The notes under the pieces were generated by a model, which made no database searches, was not told the DNA's origin, and saw only the letters and a program-made list of their open reading frames with translations. Positions 20,167 through 30,298 of a DNA stretch of 64,000 nt are shown piece by piece; positions within the stretch are counted from its first letter, which is position 1; every line of letters starts with the position of its first letter. The DNA lies in the NCBI GenBank assembly GCA_043778225.1, contig JAYWGM010000063.1, positions 1-64,000 on the forward strand, written 5' to 3'. Source of the stretch: Deinococcales bacterium. Lineage in GTDB: Bacteria; Deinococcota; Deinococci; Deinococcales; JAAFIG01. The position numbers were made by a program, and so were the translations under genes.

Positions 20167-20922
20167 TTAAAACAAACCCTCGAGCTTGAACTTGCGCCCA
20201 GTCACAAATTCGAGTTGGGCGGATAAATGATGCGCCCTGATTTTTTTGTGCAGCACCACTTGCCCACCAATTCGCTCAAGCGCTACAGCTAAGGAACTTT
20301 CGCCAGCCACCTCGACCAAGGTGTGATAGGGCTGCAATAAACGTGGCTCGAGTCGCAGTTTGGCATCGCAAATCAGCAGTAAATCTGCCCGTTCTAAGGC
20401 TTCTAATAACGCAGCTTCCTCGAGGCTGATACAGCGCACCACCACACCGGCTGGGGCGTGTTTAGCAAGGCGTTCGGCATGAGGACGGTCTGGGGCAGCA
20501 ATCGTCAGGCTTTTGACCCCAGCGCGAGCCACTTGCACTGCCGCACTGGCACTTGCGCCACCGCCAAGCACCACGGCATTTGCCCCAAAACCACGGTATT
20601 TAATGCTCTCGAGGGCGGCTAATAAACCATCTTCTAAGGTGTGCGAGCCTTGTGTGCCGCGAGTCACACTGATGGCATCCAATGCCCCATCACGCTCGCT
20701 ACTGCTCGAGAGACCATCCACCAAAGTCAGGGCTTCGGTACTTGCCCCACCAATAAAAACCGCCCCTAAGAAACCCAAAGGCTCGAGACCCTGCACCACC
20801 GCTCCAAGTTTGGCGCTGGTTGGCACAAGGGTCGGTAAAAACTGTGCCTCGAGTTTGTAAAGGGCGGTCACGATTGGGGCGGCTTCTGCGCCAAGAAACG
20901 CCACGGGTTTTAAGGTATTCAT
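20167..20922 (-). CDS. Divergent shikimate dehydrogenase-like protein
   Basis: AroE-like layout with a Rossmann VLGGG motif; canonical catalytic motifs eroded. Confidence 0.6.
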   Translation of the reverse strand: MNTLKPVAFLGAEAAPIVTALYKLEAQFLPTLVPTSAKLGAVVQGLEPLGFLGAVFIGGASTEALTLVDGLSSSSERDGALDAISVTRGTQGSHTLEDGLLAALESIKYRGFGANAVVLGGGASASAAVQVARAGVKSLTIAAPDRPHAERLAKHAPAGVVVRCISLEEAALLEALERADLLLICDAKLRLEPRLLQPYHTLVEVAGESSLAVALERIGGQVVLHKKIRAHHLSAQLEFVTGRKFKLEGLF

Positions 20923-21175
20923 GTTCAATGGCAAGTATACGACCATCCGCCTGTGTTGGATTGCAGGCGGTACTTTATGATTGTGGTCAACTCGAATATG
21001 ATTTCGTAAAAATTTCGGTAGTACAGCTAGAAAGCATACAGACGATTGTTCAGAAATTGAGCTTTTGGTGTGTCTCGAGCTAATCTAGAAAGTGCGCCAT
21101 AGCGTCTATTGGTCGGTCCAGTTGCGTTTAGTCTAAGCAATTTGCAGTATCCTATTGGTCTACGGAGGTTGGCTT

Positions 21176-22021
21176 ATGAAAATAAAACTTTTAGCGGCAC
21201 TTGGCTTGGTTGGTATGACGGTACTTGGTTTTAGCTCTGGGGCGCAGAACATGACAAAATACGGCGATTGTACGATTACGGGCATGATGGGTTCGATGAA
21301 ATTTACACCTGCGATTGCTGGGCAACTCACTGTCCAAACCAATTTGCCAAGCCCGGGTTTTTACAACGGCGACTCGCCAGAACTGGTCAAGAGCGGCGTT
21401 GAATACTGCATGGCTGCCAACATCGCACATCGGGCGGGACTCGAGAAAGTGGTGGTTCAAAATGTCGCGTGGGACGGTTTGGTGGCTGGACAGACCAAAG
21501 ATTTTGACTTGGCAATGAGCCAAATTTCAATCACTGCCGAGCGCAAAAAAGTGGTCGAATTCAGCACGCCGTATTTCTCGAGCGACATTGGGGTATTGGT
21601 GCGTAAAGGCTTTAAGGTTGACGAAAAAAGTATCAAAACCGCCAAAATCGGTGTACAGCAAGGCACAACTGGCGAAAAATTTGCTCGAGAAACCTTAAAA
21701 ATTAAAAACGTTAAGGTTTTCCCAGATACCCCCGGAATGTTTGTGGCGCTCCAAGCCAAACAAGTGGACATCGCCATGACCGACACCAGCATTGTTTTAT
21801 CGCAAGCCAAGCAATCGGCTGGCAAGTTTGAAGTCGTTGGGCAGTACAAAACTGGCGAAAGCTACGGCGCATTGTTTCCAAAAGCTGGCAAAAATAACAA
21901 AGCCATCAACACCATCCTGCAAGAAATGCTCAAAGATGGCACAGTCGCCAAACTCGTTGGGCAGTATCTCTCGAGCGAATGGGGCGTTGACCCACTGAAA
22001 ATCAAGTATTTCAAACCTTAA
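21176..22021 (+). CDS. Polar amino acid ABC transporter substrate-binding protein
   Basis: Signal peptide, ISITAERKKVVEFSTPY and GVQQGTT motifs. Confidence 0.92.
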   Translation: MKIKLLAALGLVGMTVLGFSSGAQNMTKYGDCTITGMMGSMKFTPAIAGQLTVQTNLPSPGFYNGDSPELVKSGVEYCMAANIAHRAGLEKVVVQNVAWDGLVAGQTKDFDLAMSQISITAERKKVVEFSTPYFSSDIGVLVRKGFKVDEKSIKTAKIGVQQGTTGEKFARETLKIKNVKVFPDTPGMFVALQAKQVDIAMTDTSIVLSQAKQSAGKFEVVGQYKTGESYGALFPKAGKNNKAINTILQEMLKDGTVAKLVGQYLSSEWGVDPLKIKYFKP

Positions 22022-22027
22022 AAGCTC

Positions 22028-22095
22028 AGGTAAAAAGGGTAAAAGGTCAAAAGGATAAAAGTTTGACCTTTTTACCCTTTGACCTTTTACCCTTC
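22028..22095. repeat. Inverted array of 7-8 bp repeats (aaaagggt / accctttt)
   Basis: Purine-rich array followed by its complement. Confidence 0.75.
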
Positions 22096-22098
22096 TCT

Positions 22099-23262
22099 AT
22101 GCTTCCAGACCGTTCAGCGCGTTTTCGCGCTCCAAGTATCCCCAAAAGCGCCATGCCTTTGTCGCTGGCAGCTTTACTTGTCTCGAGCCTGACGATGCTT
22201 TTTGCTTGGTCGGTGGTTTGGCAATTGGCGCTGGCATTGGCTGGCGTGACTGAAGAAAATGTGGCGGCAGCAGTCGAAAAAAACCTCTATTGGTTTTTGA
22301 TGTGGTCTCGAGTCTCGGGTTTACCTTTTTTGGCTTGGGTGGGGCTGGTGGGGCTGGCGATTGTGCCACTTTTACTATTTATTCCAGCTTTTCGTGGGCT
22401 TTCTGCGGCGGCTCGAGCCAAAAATGCAAGACTTAAAGATGATTTAATCCTGGCTCGAGTCGAATCAGCCGACTCGAGTAATTCGGCTTGGTTTACCATC
22501 GGCTATGCAGTTTTTGCACTTTTGGCTTTCTCGAGCATTGGTTTTATGATTGCCAAAGATGTGGCGGTTGGCAACACTTTTTTTAAGCTCGATTTGATGC
22601 TTTCTAAAGCCGGTTTGGTCGGACAAGCGTTTTTGACCAATGTTTTTATTTTTATGGTAGCGCAGGTTTTTATTCTGGTTTGGGCATTGATTGTGGCACT
22701 TGCCCGTATGATTCCGGGGTCAGCCGGTCAGCCGATTCGCTTACTGGCAACGCTTTATACCGATGTTTTTCGTGGGCTACCGAGTGTGATTACGATTTAC
22801 CTGATTGGCTTTGGCTTGCCTTTAACTGGTTTTCCGATTCTTGGCGATTTATCACCAATTTGGTATGCGATTTTTGCCCTAATGCTAACTTACGGCGCAT
22901 ATGTTGCCGAAGTCTACCGCGCTGGCATCGAGAGCATTCACCCCAGCCAAATGATGGCAGCCCGCAGTCTGGGCTTAAACTTTTTTCAGACGATGCGCTT
23001 TGTGATTGTGCCGCAAGCCATCCGCCGAATTATCCCGCCACTCTTGAACGACTTTATTGGACTGCAAAAAGACACGGCTTTGGTCAATGTCATCGGCACA
23101 ATAGATGCTTTTAATCAAGCGCGGATTTTGGCAAGTAATAATTTTAATTTAAGTACGGTTACGATTGTGGCAATTTTATTTGTGCTGATTACGATTCCTC
23201 AAGCCAGATTTGTAGACCGCTTACTCGAGCAAGACGCGGCTAAAACCCGAGGCGCAAAATGA
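22099..23262 (+). CDS. Polar amino acid ABC transporter permease
   Basis: [16 protein letters not shown] and EAA-like AARSLGL motifs. Confidence 0.92.
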   Translation: MLPDRSARFRAPSIPKSAMPLSLAALLVSSLTMLFAWSVVWQLALALAGVTEENVAAAVEKNLYWFLMWSRVSGLPFLAWVGLVGLAIVPLLLFIPAFRGLSAAARAKNARLKDDLILARVESADSSNSAWFTIGYAVFALLAFSSIGFMIAKDVAVGNTFFKLDLMLSKAGLVGQAFLTNVFIFMVAQVFILVWALIVALARMIPGSAGQPIRLLATLYTDVFRGLPSVITIYLIGFGLPLTGFPILGDLSPIWYAIFALMLTYGAYVAEVYRAGIESIHPSQMMAARSLGLNFFQTMRFVIVPQAIRRIIPPLLNDFIGLQKDTALVNVIGTIDAFNQARILASNNFNLSTVTIVAILFVLITIPQARFVDRLLEQDAAKTRGAK

Positions 23263-24002
23263 GTTTTCTTGAAATGCGAAATGTACAAAAGCGCTTTGGG
23301 TCGCTCGAGGTGCTGCGTGGCTTAAATCTCAATGTCGAGGAGCATCAAGTGGTCTGCCTGATTGGACCGAGCGGCTGCGGCAAAAGTACCTTATTGCGCT
23401 GTATCAACGGTCTCGAGCCGATAACTGGCGGCGAGATTCGGATTCTCGACGACCGCGTTTCTGGGGCTGGGGTGGATGTAGACCGCTTGCGGCGCGATGT
23501 CGGGATTGTGTTTCAGAGCTTTAATTTGTTTCCGCACATGACCGTCCTCGAGAACATCTGTTTAGCCCCACGCCAAGTGCTGGGGCTGACCAAAGCCGAG
23601 TCCGAAGCTCGAGCCTTTGAACTGCTTGAGCGGGTGCAGTTGGCACAAAAAGCCAAAGCCTACCCCGACCAACTCAGCGGTGGGCAGCAACAACGGGTGG
23701 CGATTGCTCGAGCCTTGGCAATGCAGCCGATGCTGATGCTGCTCGACGAGATTACTTCAGCACTCGACCCAGAACTGGTGGCAGAAGTGCTTGACCTTGT
23801 GCGCGACCTTGCAAGTGAGGGCATGACGATGTTGCTTGCGACCCACGAAATGGGTTTTGCCAAAGAAGTCTCGAGCAAGGTGTGTTTTTTATACGAAGGC
23901 GTGGTGCATGAAGAAGGCACACCCGAAGAAATTTTTAGCGCTCCAAAAGAAGAGCGAACCCAAGCCTTTTTGAAAAAGATTATCGAGGCTGGGAGGTTAT
24001 AA
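23259..24002 (+). CDS. Polar amino acid ABC transporter ATP-binding protein
   Basis: [20 protein letters not shown] and THEMGFA motifs. Confidence 0.95.
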   Translation: MSFLEMRNVQKRFGSLEVLRGLNLNVEEHQVVCLIGPSGCGKSTLLRCINGLEPITGGEIRILDDRVSGAGVDVDRLRRDVGIVFQSFNLFPHMTVLENICLAPRQVLGLTKAESEARAFELLERVQLAQKAKAYPDQLSGGQQQRVAIARALAMQPMLMLLDEITSALDPELVAEVLDLVRDLASEGMTMLLATHEMGFAKEVSSKVCFLYEGVVHEEGTPEEIFSAPKEERTQAFLKKIIEAGRL

Positions 24003-24005
24003 ATT

Positions 24006-24197
24006 ATGGAGCTTACCAAGGCTCAAATCGAGCGCCAAGATTTTGTTGATTCACAGATTTTTGATTTATTGAATCAACTGAATACAACTGAAGTCAAACT
24101 CGAGTGGGACATTGAAATGATTGGCGACATTCGAGACAGCATTGAAGCGTGGCTCTTGGAGAAAGTCTCGCTTGAGCCACAAGAATTTTATCCGTAA
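24006..24197 (+). CDS. Small acidic hypothetical protein
   Basis: 63-aa ORF with an ATG start that fills the gap and has protein-like composition. Confidence 0.6.
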   Translation: MELTKAQIERQDFVDSQIFDLLNQLNTTEVKLEWDIEMIGDIRDSIEAWLLEKVSLEPQEFYP

Positions 24198-24201
24198 AGT
24201 C

Positions 24202-25023
24202 TTAAAAAATAGCTTTTGAACTTTGCTCGAGTGGTTCAATGCCTAGAAATTCGCGGTAGATTCGTTCTTTATACGGCAGCCCGATTTCATTGATGGCTTG
24301 GATAAAGGCTGCATATGTGCCAACACCACCAATTTTATCCCAGAACTCCGCGCCAATCAGCACCACAGGGTCTTGTCTCATGTCAAACCAACGGGCTGGG
24401 AATGTCCACGCATAATCGGTTTTTGCGCCATATGGATTGTACGGCAGGGCATAATAGGCAGCGTCTATCGGTTTATTGTCCATCGCAAAGAGCTTAAAAA
24501 TTTTCTCTTTGCTTTGCTTGGTTTGGTCGCTATTTGGCAAGGGGGCTTTGAGTTCAAAAGCAAATCGCTCGCCTGTAGCTGTATCTTCGGTGCAAATATC
24601 ACAAACCACGGTCGCTGGTATCAGTTCGCCTTTTCCCTCGAGAATATAGTTAAGTTCGGTCTGCCAATTTGGTTTTTGGCGTTCGATGCCCACTTCTGGA
24701 TGCTCGAGTTTGTTTAAGACCTCTTGGATTCGCTGCAACCTGCCCATTCTGATATTCCCGCGGATAGTGTGCTGTTGGAGGCACTTTCCTAAACCTTGTT
24801 CGGCTGCAACGGCAGCTAGTTTTTTCCAAATATCACTAAAATGCTCGAGAAACTTCTTTTGAAGGAATGCAGCTTTTCTGATTTCTAAAGGAAGAAAAGC
24901 ATCAAAAAAAAGCCTGTTCTGTAGGCATTCAGTGCTTCCTAAAAACTCTTGTGTATCACAAGCAAGAAACTCTGTAAGTTGATTCTCAAGAGTCAAGAAA
25001 AACTTGTCTTTGAGTTTAGACAT
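24202..25023 (-). CDS. TdeIII-family type II restriction endonuclease-like protein
   Basis: PD-(D/E)xK-type CD...FELKAPLPNSDQTK, YYALPYNPYG and EFWDKIGG motifs. Confidence 0.75.
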   Translation of the reverse strand: MSKLKDKFFLTLENQLTEFLACDTQEFLGSTECLQNRLFFDAFLPLEIRKAAFLQKKFLEHFSDIWKKLAAVAAEQGLGKCLQQHTIRGNIRMGRLQRIQEVLNKLEHPEVGIERQKPNWQTELNYILEGKGELIPATVVCDICTEDTATGERFAFELKAPLPNSDQTKQSKEKIFKLFAMDNKPIDAAYYALPYNPYGAKTDYAWTFPARWFDMRQDPVVLIGAEFWDKIGGVGTYAAFIQAINEIGLPYKERIYREFLGIEPLEQSSKAIF

Positions 25024-25074
25024 ACTTTTTCCGTAAACAGTCTAATCGCATCTGGCGTTATGATAACACACGAA

Positions 25075-25827
25075 TCACTTGACTTTAATTTCAAACAGCT
25101 TATCCCAAAGTTTGCCCGTCACAAAAATACGCTTGGTCTTGGCATCGTATGCAATGCCATTCAACACTGAATCCGAATTGCCAAGGGTATTTTCTGGGCG
25201 TAAACCCACCAAGTTGATAAAGGCTTTGACTGCACCCGTTTTCGGGTCAATTCGAGCAATCAAGTCGGTCTGCCAGATATTCGCCCAAATTTCGTTATCT
25301 ATCCACTCGAGTTCGTTGAGGTTGCGGATTTCCGAGCCAGCATTGCTGACTGTAATCGTGCGTAAAACCTTAAAAGTATTTGGCTCGAGAAAATAAATTT
25401 GGTCTGTGCCGTCGGACAAGACCAAATTTTTACCATCGGTGGTTAAGCCCCAGCCTTCGGTTTGGTAGCCGCGTGTTGCCTCGAGCTTAAAAGTGCTGGC
25501 GTTGTAGACAAAGGCTTTTTTACTTGTCCAAGTCAGTTGGTATAATTTGTCGCCAAGCCAAGCCAAGCCTTCGGCAAAAACGCTCGAGTCGACGGCTTGG
25601 CTGCGAAGCACTTTTCCATCCAAGCTGGTTTGGCGCAGACTGCTTGTGCCGTAACCGCCACTGCTTTCATAAAAACCGCTACCATTCCAGACCAAGCCCT
25701 GTGTATAGGATTTTGGGTCATGGCTATGGGTTTTAAGCACCGTATAGCCTTGCAAGGCGGCTCGAGGGGCTTGACTATATGAACTCGGGAGCAGCGCCAA
25801 GACCAGCACAGCCAAAAATCGTTTCAT
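25075..25827 (-). CDS. Glutaminyl-peptide cyclotransferase
   Basis: YTQGL, FAEGL, EGWGLT, LNELE, VLNGIAYD and TGKLW motifs. Confidence 0.93.
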   Translation of the reverse strand: MKRFLAVLVLALLPSSYSQAPRAALQGYTVLKTHSHDPKSYTQGLVWNGSGFYESSGGYGTSSLRQTSLDGKVLRSQAVDSSVFAEGLAWLGDKLYQLTWTSKKAFVYNASTFKLEATRGYQTEGWGLTTDGKNLVLSDGTDQIYFLEPNTFKVLRTITVSNAGSEIRNLNELEWIDNEIWANIWQTDLIARIDPKTGAVKAFINLVGLRPENTLGNSDSVLNGIAYDAKTKRIFVTGKLWDKLFEIKVK

Positions 25828-25873
25828 GTTGCTCAGTCTAACGCTTACGGCATGACCAATGGATGAAGGCAAC

Positions 25874-26560
25874 TTAAATAAAACTGGCGGTTTCGACGTA
25901 TTCTCGCAAAGCTGGTAGGTCTATTTCGTATTCGCCGCGTGTGCCAACCACCAAGCCAAGGTCGCGCAATTCGCCTAGGGCATTGGTCACGGTCACTCGG
26001 GTGCTGCCAACAAAAGCCGCCAATTCTTCGTGGGTCAAATCAAGTTTAAGGTTGGTTTTGTTAGCCACCTTTAAGCCAAAGCGCTCGGCAAATGCCATCA
26101 ACGCCCCGCCAACTCGAGCCGTAACGGGCGAGGTTGTGGCTTCAAGTTGTGCCTCGAGTTCTTGTACCCTTTGGGCTAAGACTCGAGCCAAAGCAATCGC
26201 AATGGTTGGTTGTTTGGCGGTCAGCTCGAGGATTTTATCAATGCAGACTGGACTGGCAATCACGGGTTCGGTCAGGGCGACTGCATCGGTGGTGTGGCGT
26301 TCTTGACCACTTAAAAAGCTCTCGCCAAAAAAGTCGCCAGGTCCTAAGACTGATAAAATTCGTTCGCCGCCATCCGAAGTTGGGGCAGTAATTTTAACCT
26401 TGCCAGTATGGACAATAAACAGGTCGTCGGCACGGTCTTGGTAGCGATAAATGGCTTGTCCCTTTTTGAATTTCCGAGGTGGACATAAGCGCTCGAGGGT
26501 TGATTTATCTTCGGGCGTAAGATATTGCATCAGTTGATGGTTTGCAGCAATGACCGGCAT
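25874..26560 (-). CDS. Crp/Fnr family transcriptional regulator
   Basis: cNMP domain (GDFFGE) and HTH (LTHEELAAFVGSTRVTVT). Confidence 0.93.
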   Translation of the reverse strand: MPVIAANHQLMQYLTPEDKSTLERLCPPRKFKKGQAIYRYQDRADDLFIVHTGKVKITAPTSDGGERILSVLGPGDFFGESFLSGQERHTTDAVALTEPVIASPVCIDKILELTAKQPTIAIALARVLAQRVQELEAQLEATTSPVTARVGGALMAFAERFGLKVANKTNLKLDLTHEELAAFVGSTRVTVTNALGELRDLGLVVGTRGEYEIDLPALREYVETASFI

Positions 26561-26637
26561 GGCTCTATTGTACTCTTAAAAATCAAAAGGCAAACGTCTT
26601 ATCACTTGGCTAAGCCATTTGGGTTAGGCTACTGCCC

Positions 26638-27306
26638 ATGCGGCGCGGAATTTTATTTGTTTTATCGGGAGCAAGTGGGGTTGGTAAGGGTACGGTTTTG
26701 TCGTATGTGCTGAGCCAAGACGAAAATCTGTATTTTAGTATTTCGTGGACAACCCGTAACCAACGTAAAGGCGAGACCAATGGTAAAGATTATTACTTTA
26801 AGAGTCGAGAAGAATTTATGCTCGAACTCGAGACGACTGGTTTTTTAGAACACGCCGAATTTGTCGGTTCAATGTACGGTACACCAAGGCGCAAAGTCGA
26901 AGAGCAACTCGAAGCGGGTAGGGATGTGATTCTTGATGTTGAACGGGTTGGGGCGCTCAATGTCAAACGGCTGATGCCCGAAGCGGTGCTGATTCAACTT
27001 GTGCCGCCGAATTTATCCAAATTGCGCCAACGCTTGCTTAAACGTGGTACAGATGCGCTCGAGGTGATTGGGCGGCGCTTAAAACGTGCCAAAGAGGACA
27101 TGCAGTATTACCGCGAATTTGATTATGTAATTGTCAACGATGACCTTTCGACGGCAGTAGATGACCTCGAGAGTGTGTTAAGAGCCGAACGTTTAAGCAC
27201 CAGTCGGATTGTGTCCGATGAATTTCTGGTCCATTCGAGCCAAGAGCTAGAATTAGAACTCGAGCTAGATTCATTAGAAGCCAAAATTCGTGACAGTGGT
27301 CACTAG
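26638..27306 (+). CDS. gmk: Guanylate kinase
   Basis: SGASGVGKGT, SWTTR and YGTP motifs. Confidence 0.96.
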   Translation: MRRGILFVLSGASGVGKGTVLSYVLSQDENLYFSISWTTRNQRKGETNGKDYYFKSREEFMLELETTGFLEHAEFVGSMYGTPRRKVEEQLEAGRDVILDVERVGALNVKRLMPEAVLIQLVPPNLSKLRQRLLKRGTDALEVIGRRLKRAKEDMQYYREFDYVIVNDDLSTAVDDLESVLRAERLSTSRIVSDEFLVHSSQELELELELDSLEAKIRDSGH

Positions 27307-29477
27307 CCCAAGAACTTAGTCTCGAGGGCAGACTCAACCAAGCGGTTGCGCCCCAAAGTCACATGGTATGCCTTGGCATTTGGCATGGAAGTCATTGCGC
27401 CAAGATATTCGCCATTGACAAAATGCAGGGCTGCACCGTCATCGGCTGCAAAACCGGGGGCGATTTTTTGCGCCCGTAAAAATTTCTCGAGTGCCACTTT
27501 GCGAAAACGTTCGCTATCGTAATGCGGTGTAAACGAACCGGGAAGCCAACCCAAGCCGTTCATCACCCCTAAAGAGCGCCCAAGAGAATCGGTTGTGAAC
27601 TGCTCAAACCAACAGATTGCCCCCGCCGAGACACCTGTAAAAACAGTCCCAGCTTCGTATGCCCGCTTAAAAATCGGCTCGAGTTCCCAGGCTTGCCACA
27701 ATGCCAGTGCATTTTTGCTACTGCCGCCCGAGAAATACAGCACATCAGCCCCCAAAATCATGTCCTCGAGTTCATCCGCCCAGTCTTCGGTATGAAACAA
27801 AGCCAGATGGCTGGCTTCACAATTTAAGTTCTCAAAAGCATTGTAAAAACGCTTGATGTACTCTAGGCTATCGCCAGCCGCTGTCGAAACAAAGCAAACC
27901 CGTGGCACGGCGACTTCTCGAGCCGAACTTGCGACCTCGAGAATGTATTTTTCGAGCAGTAAGGTACTCGGTTCTTCTGAAAACCCACCACCACCAAGGG
28001 CGATAATTTGGCGTTTAATCATGCTTGAAGCCGTGACCATATCCCAAGAGGCGATTTTTAGCGTAGCTGTCTCTTTGAGAAGCAGCGAATCTGGCGTTTC
28101 GAGGAAAGCAGAAGGCTCGAGTTCAACGGCATCAGGATTTTCTGATAAGGATTGGCTCTGACTCAAGTCGGCTGCCAGTTCGGGTTCTTCGTTTTGGTAG
28201 GCTGGCTCGAGTTGTAAAGGCTCAGTTTCGGCTATGGTGAAGTCGAGTGTCGCTTCGGTACTCGTGTTTGCGGTCTCGAGTATCTGAAGGTCGGTTTGTG
28301 GCAGTGCAAAATGTACAAGTACAGGTGCTTGGTATGGCTCGAGCAATTCGGGTAAATCGCTGACCAATAAATCGTCTACCGAATCAGTTTCGGCTATTTC
28401 TGAGGTTGTACTTGGCATCATTTCGGTTTCACGTACCTCAGCCGTGGCTTTGGTGGTTGGTTGAAGTGTCAACTCGTTGACCATCACCTCGGCGGTGACT
28501 TTGGCGGCTGGGTCTGGCATCATTTCTATAGCTGCCACCACTTCGATGTTTGGCATGATTTCATCGGTGGCTTTGAGGCGTGGCTCTACAGGGTCTGAGG
28601 CTGGAGTTTCAATCTCCTCAATGACCTCCTCAAGATGTTGCTCGGCTTGGGTTTCCTCGAGTATCGGACTGGCGACGATTTCTTCTATCGTGACTTTCTC
28701 GACTGGGATTTCTTCTGGGGGAACTTCTTCAAAGGCTACATCTATCAACATGGACTCTGGAATGTCATCGTCTGCCTCGAGTGTGAGTTCTGTCTGCGTC
28801 AGTTCAGCAACTTCTGTATGCGGTAGTTCAGCTACTTCTGTATGCGGTAGTTCAGCTACTTCTGTATGCGGCAGTTCAGCAACTTCTGTCAAATTCTCGA
28901 GGGTCGTGCTTATTGGCTCGCTTTGCAGTATCGGTTTTTGATTCAGTAAGCGTGCCAAGACCGAATCGGCTGGAACAGCCACAATCCCCGCCAAACTCGA
29001 GGCTGACTCTTGGAGGTTGTTGGTTTCTTCTGGGTCGGCGGGCAATTGCAGCGAAACCAATGTGGCGCGGCGTACACCTTTTGTTCCACCTGGGGTTTGA
29101 TTGATAATCCCCATGGCAACACCATCGCCCGCATGAATCATGCCGAGCAGCACAAAGCCAGTATTGATAAACGAAGATTGATAACGGGCTGCCTCGACTC
29201 CAGCCAAATCCATCACCCGACGTGCCAAAGCGGTGATGGCGGGTGGCGGCGCATCTCGAGAACGGTCAAAGCGCCCAATCAGTTCAACAATCCGATGGCG
29301 GGCTGCCTCGAGTGTCAGTCCAGCCCCATTCAGCACTTTGGCAGCCGTGCCGCCTTCGCGCAGCAAGCCAAGCAGCAGATGCTCAGATTCAATGACGGCG
29401 TGACCCAAACGGTCTGCTTCTTCTCGAGCATAATGGAACACCAAACGCGCTCGGGCATCTAAACGATTCATGGTCAT
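27303..29477 (-). CDS. Fusion of Clp N-terminal repeat domain, acidic linker and peptidase E (S51)
   Basis: AREEA.RLGH..IESEHLLLGLLREG at the N-terminus; IIALGGGGFS, GVSAGA and PHYD at the C-terminus. Confidence 0.8.
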   Translation of the reverse strand: MTMNRLDARARLVFHYAREEADRLGHAVIESEHLLLGLLREGGTAAKVLNGAGLTLEAARHRIVELIGRFDRSRDAPPPAITALARRVMDLAGVEAARYQSSFINTGFVLLGMIHAGDGVAMGIINQTPGGTKGVRRATLVSLQLPADPEETNNLQESASSLAGIVAVPADSVLARLLNQKPILQSEPISTTLENLTEVAELPHTEVAELPHTEVAELPHTEVAELTQTELTLEADDDIPESMLIDVAFEEVPPEEIPVEKVTIEEIVASPILEETQAEQHLEEVIEEIETPASDPVEPRLKATDEIMPNIEVVAAIEMMPDPAAKVTAEVMVNELTLQPTTKATAEVRETEMMPSTTSEIAETDSVDDLLVSDLPELLEPYQAPVLVHFALPQTDLQILETANTSTEATLDFTIAETEPLQLEPAYQNEEPELAADLSQSQSLSENPDAVELEPSAFLETPDSLLLKETATLKIASWDMVTASSMIKRQIIALGGGGFSEEPSTLLLEKYILEVASSAREVAVPRVCFVSTAAGDSLEYIKRFYNAFENLNCEASHLALFHTEDWADELEDMILGADVLYFSGGSSKNALALWQAWELEPIFKRAYEAGTVFTGVSAGAICWFEQFTTDSLGRSLGVMNGLGWLPGSFTPHYDSERFRKVALEKFLRAQKIAPGFAADDGAALHFVNGEYLGAMTSMPNAKAYHVTLGRNRLVESALETKFLG
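28795..28890 (-). repeat. In-frame 24-bp repeat (TEVAELPH, about 4 copies)
   Basis: agttcagctacttctgtatgcggt tandem copies. Confidence 0.85.
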
Positions 29478-29518
29478 TGCCAATAGTTTACGTCATTCTG
29501 GTCAGAAGAAACGCATAT

Positions 29519-30298
29519 TCATTCTAAAGTTGCTTGGATAAATGCAATGCCCTTCCAAATACGCCAAGAACCCATCTGACATTTTTGTGAAAAAGCCACC
29601 TCGAGCAATGCCGTGGCATCTGCCCAAGCATCGGTTGGAATATCAAAGCCAGCCTGCATCGAATTCCAGTAAGCCAGTGGTGCGTTCGCATTTGGAAACT
29701 CGAGAAATTGGTCTATGACCTCGAGTTTGGCTGCTCCAAAAACCGATTTGATGTGTTGGAACAGGTCAGTATGAAAATACTTAGGGCTTCGGTGTTCAAG
29801 AAAAAAATTTCTAAAAACTAGTTTTGAACCAAGTTGAGCTTCAATCACATCCCAGTAATCGGCTAAGTAACCATCGGCATTGGTCAGCGCTAAGAAGCGT
29901 CCATTTGGTTTAAGGACGCGCTTTGCCTCGAGCAGCGCCTTTTCGATGTTTGACACATGATAGAGCATATGTCTTGCGGTCACAACATCAAAACTTTGGT
30001 CAGTAAAAGGCAACAGCACTGCGTCACCCTCGAGAAATTCAACCTTGGTATTTTGGGCTTTGGCGAGGGCAATCATGCCGCTCGAAAAATCTAAGCCAAC
30101 CAAGCGCCCTGTGTGTTTTTGACTTAACCGAATTGGAAACGCACCATTGGCAGTGCCAACATCGAGCAACGCTTCATGAGGCTCGAGTTCTAGGGCTGTA
30201 TCTACCAAATCTTCGAGTGGTTTCCCAACTGTGTATTCGGCATGGGTTTCTTGTCGAACTCGTAGATTTATATCGGTGCGGTAGGCTTCGAGATTCAC
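29519..30298 (-). CDS. Class I SAM-dependent methyltransferase
   Basis: LLDVGTANG, GLDFS, FDVVTARHMLYH and LKPNG motifs. Confidence 0.9.
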   Translation of the reverse strand: MNLEAYRTDINLRVRQETHAEYTVGKPLEDLVDTALELEPHEALLDVGTANGAFPIRLSQKHTGRLVGLDFSSGMIALAKAQNTKVEFLEGDAVLLPFTDQSFDVVTARHMLYHVSNIEKALLEAKRVLKPNGRFLALTNADGYLADYWDVIEAQLGSKLVFRNFFLEHRSPKYFHTDLFQHIKSVFGAAKLEVIDQFLEFPNANAPLAYWNSMQAGFDIPTDAWADATALLEVAFSQKCQMGSWRIWKGIAFIQATLE

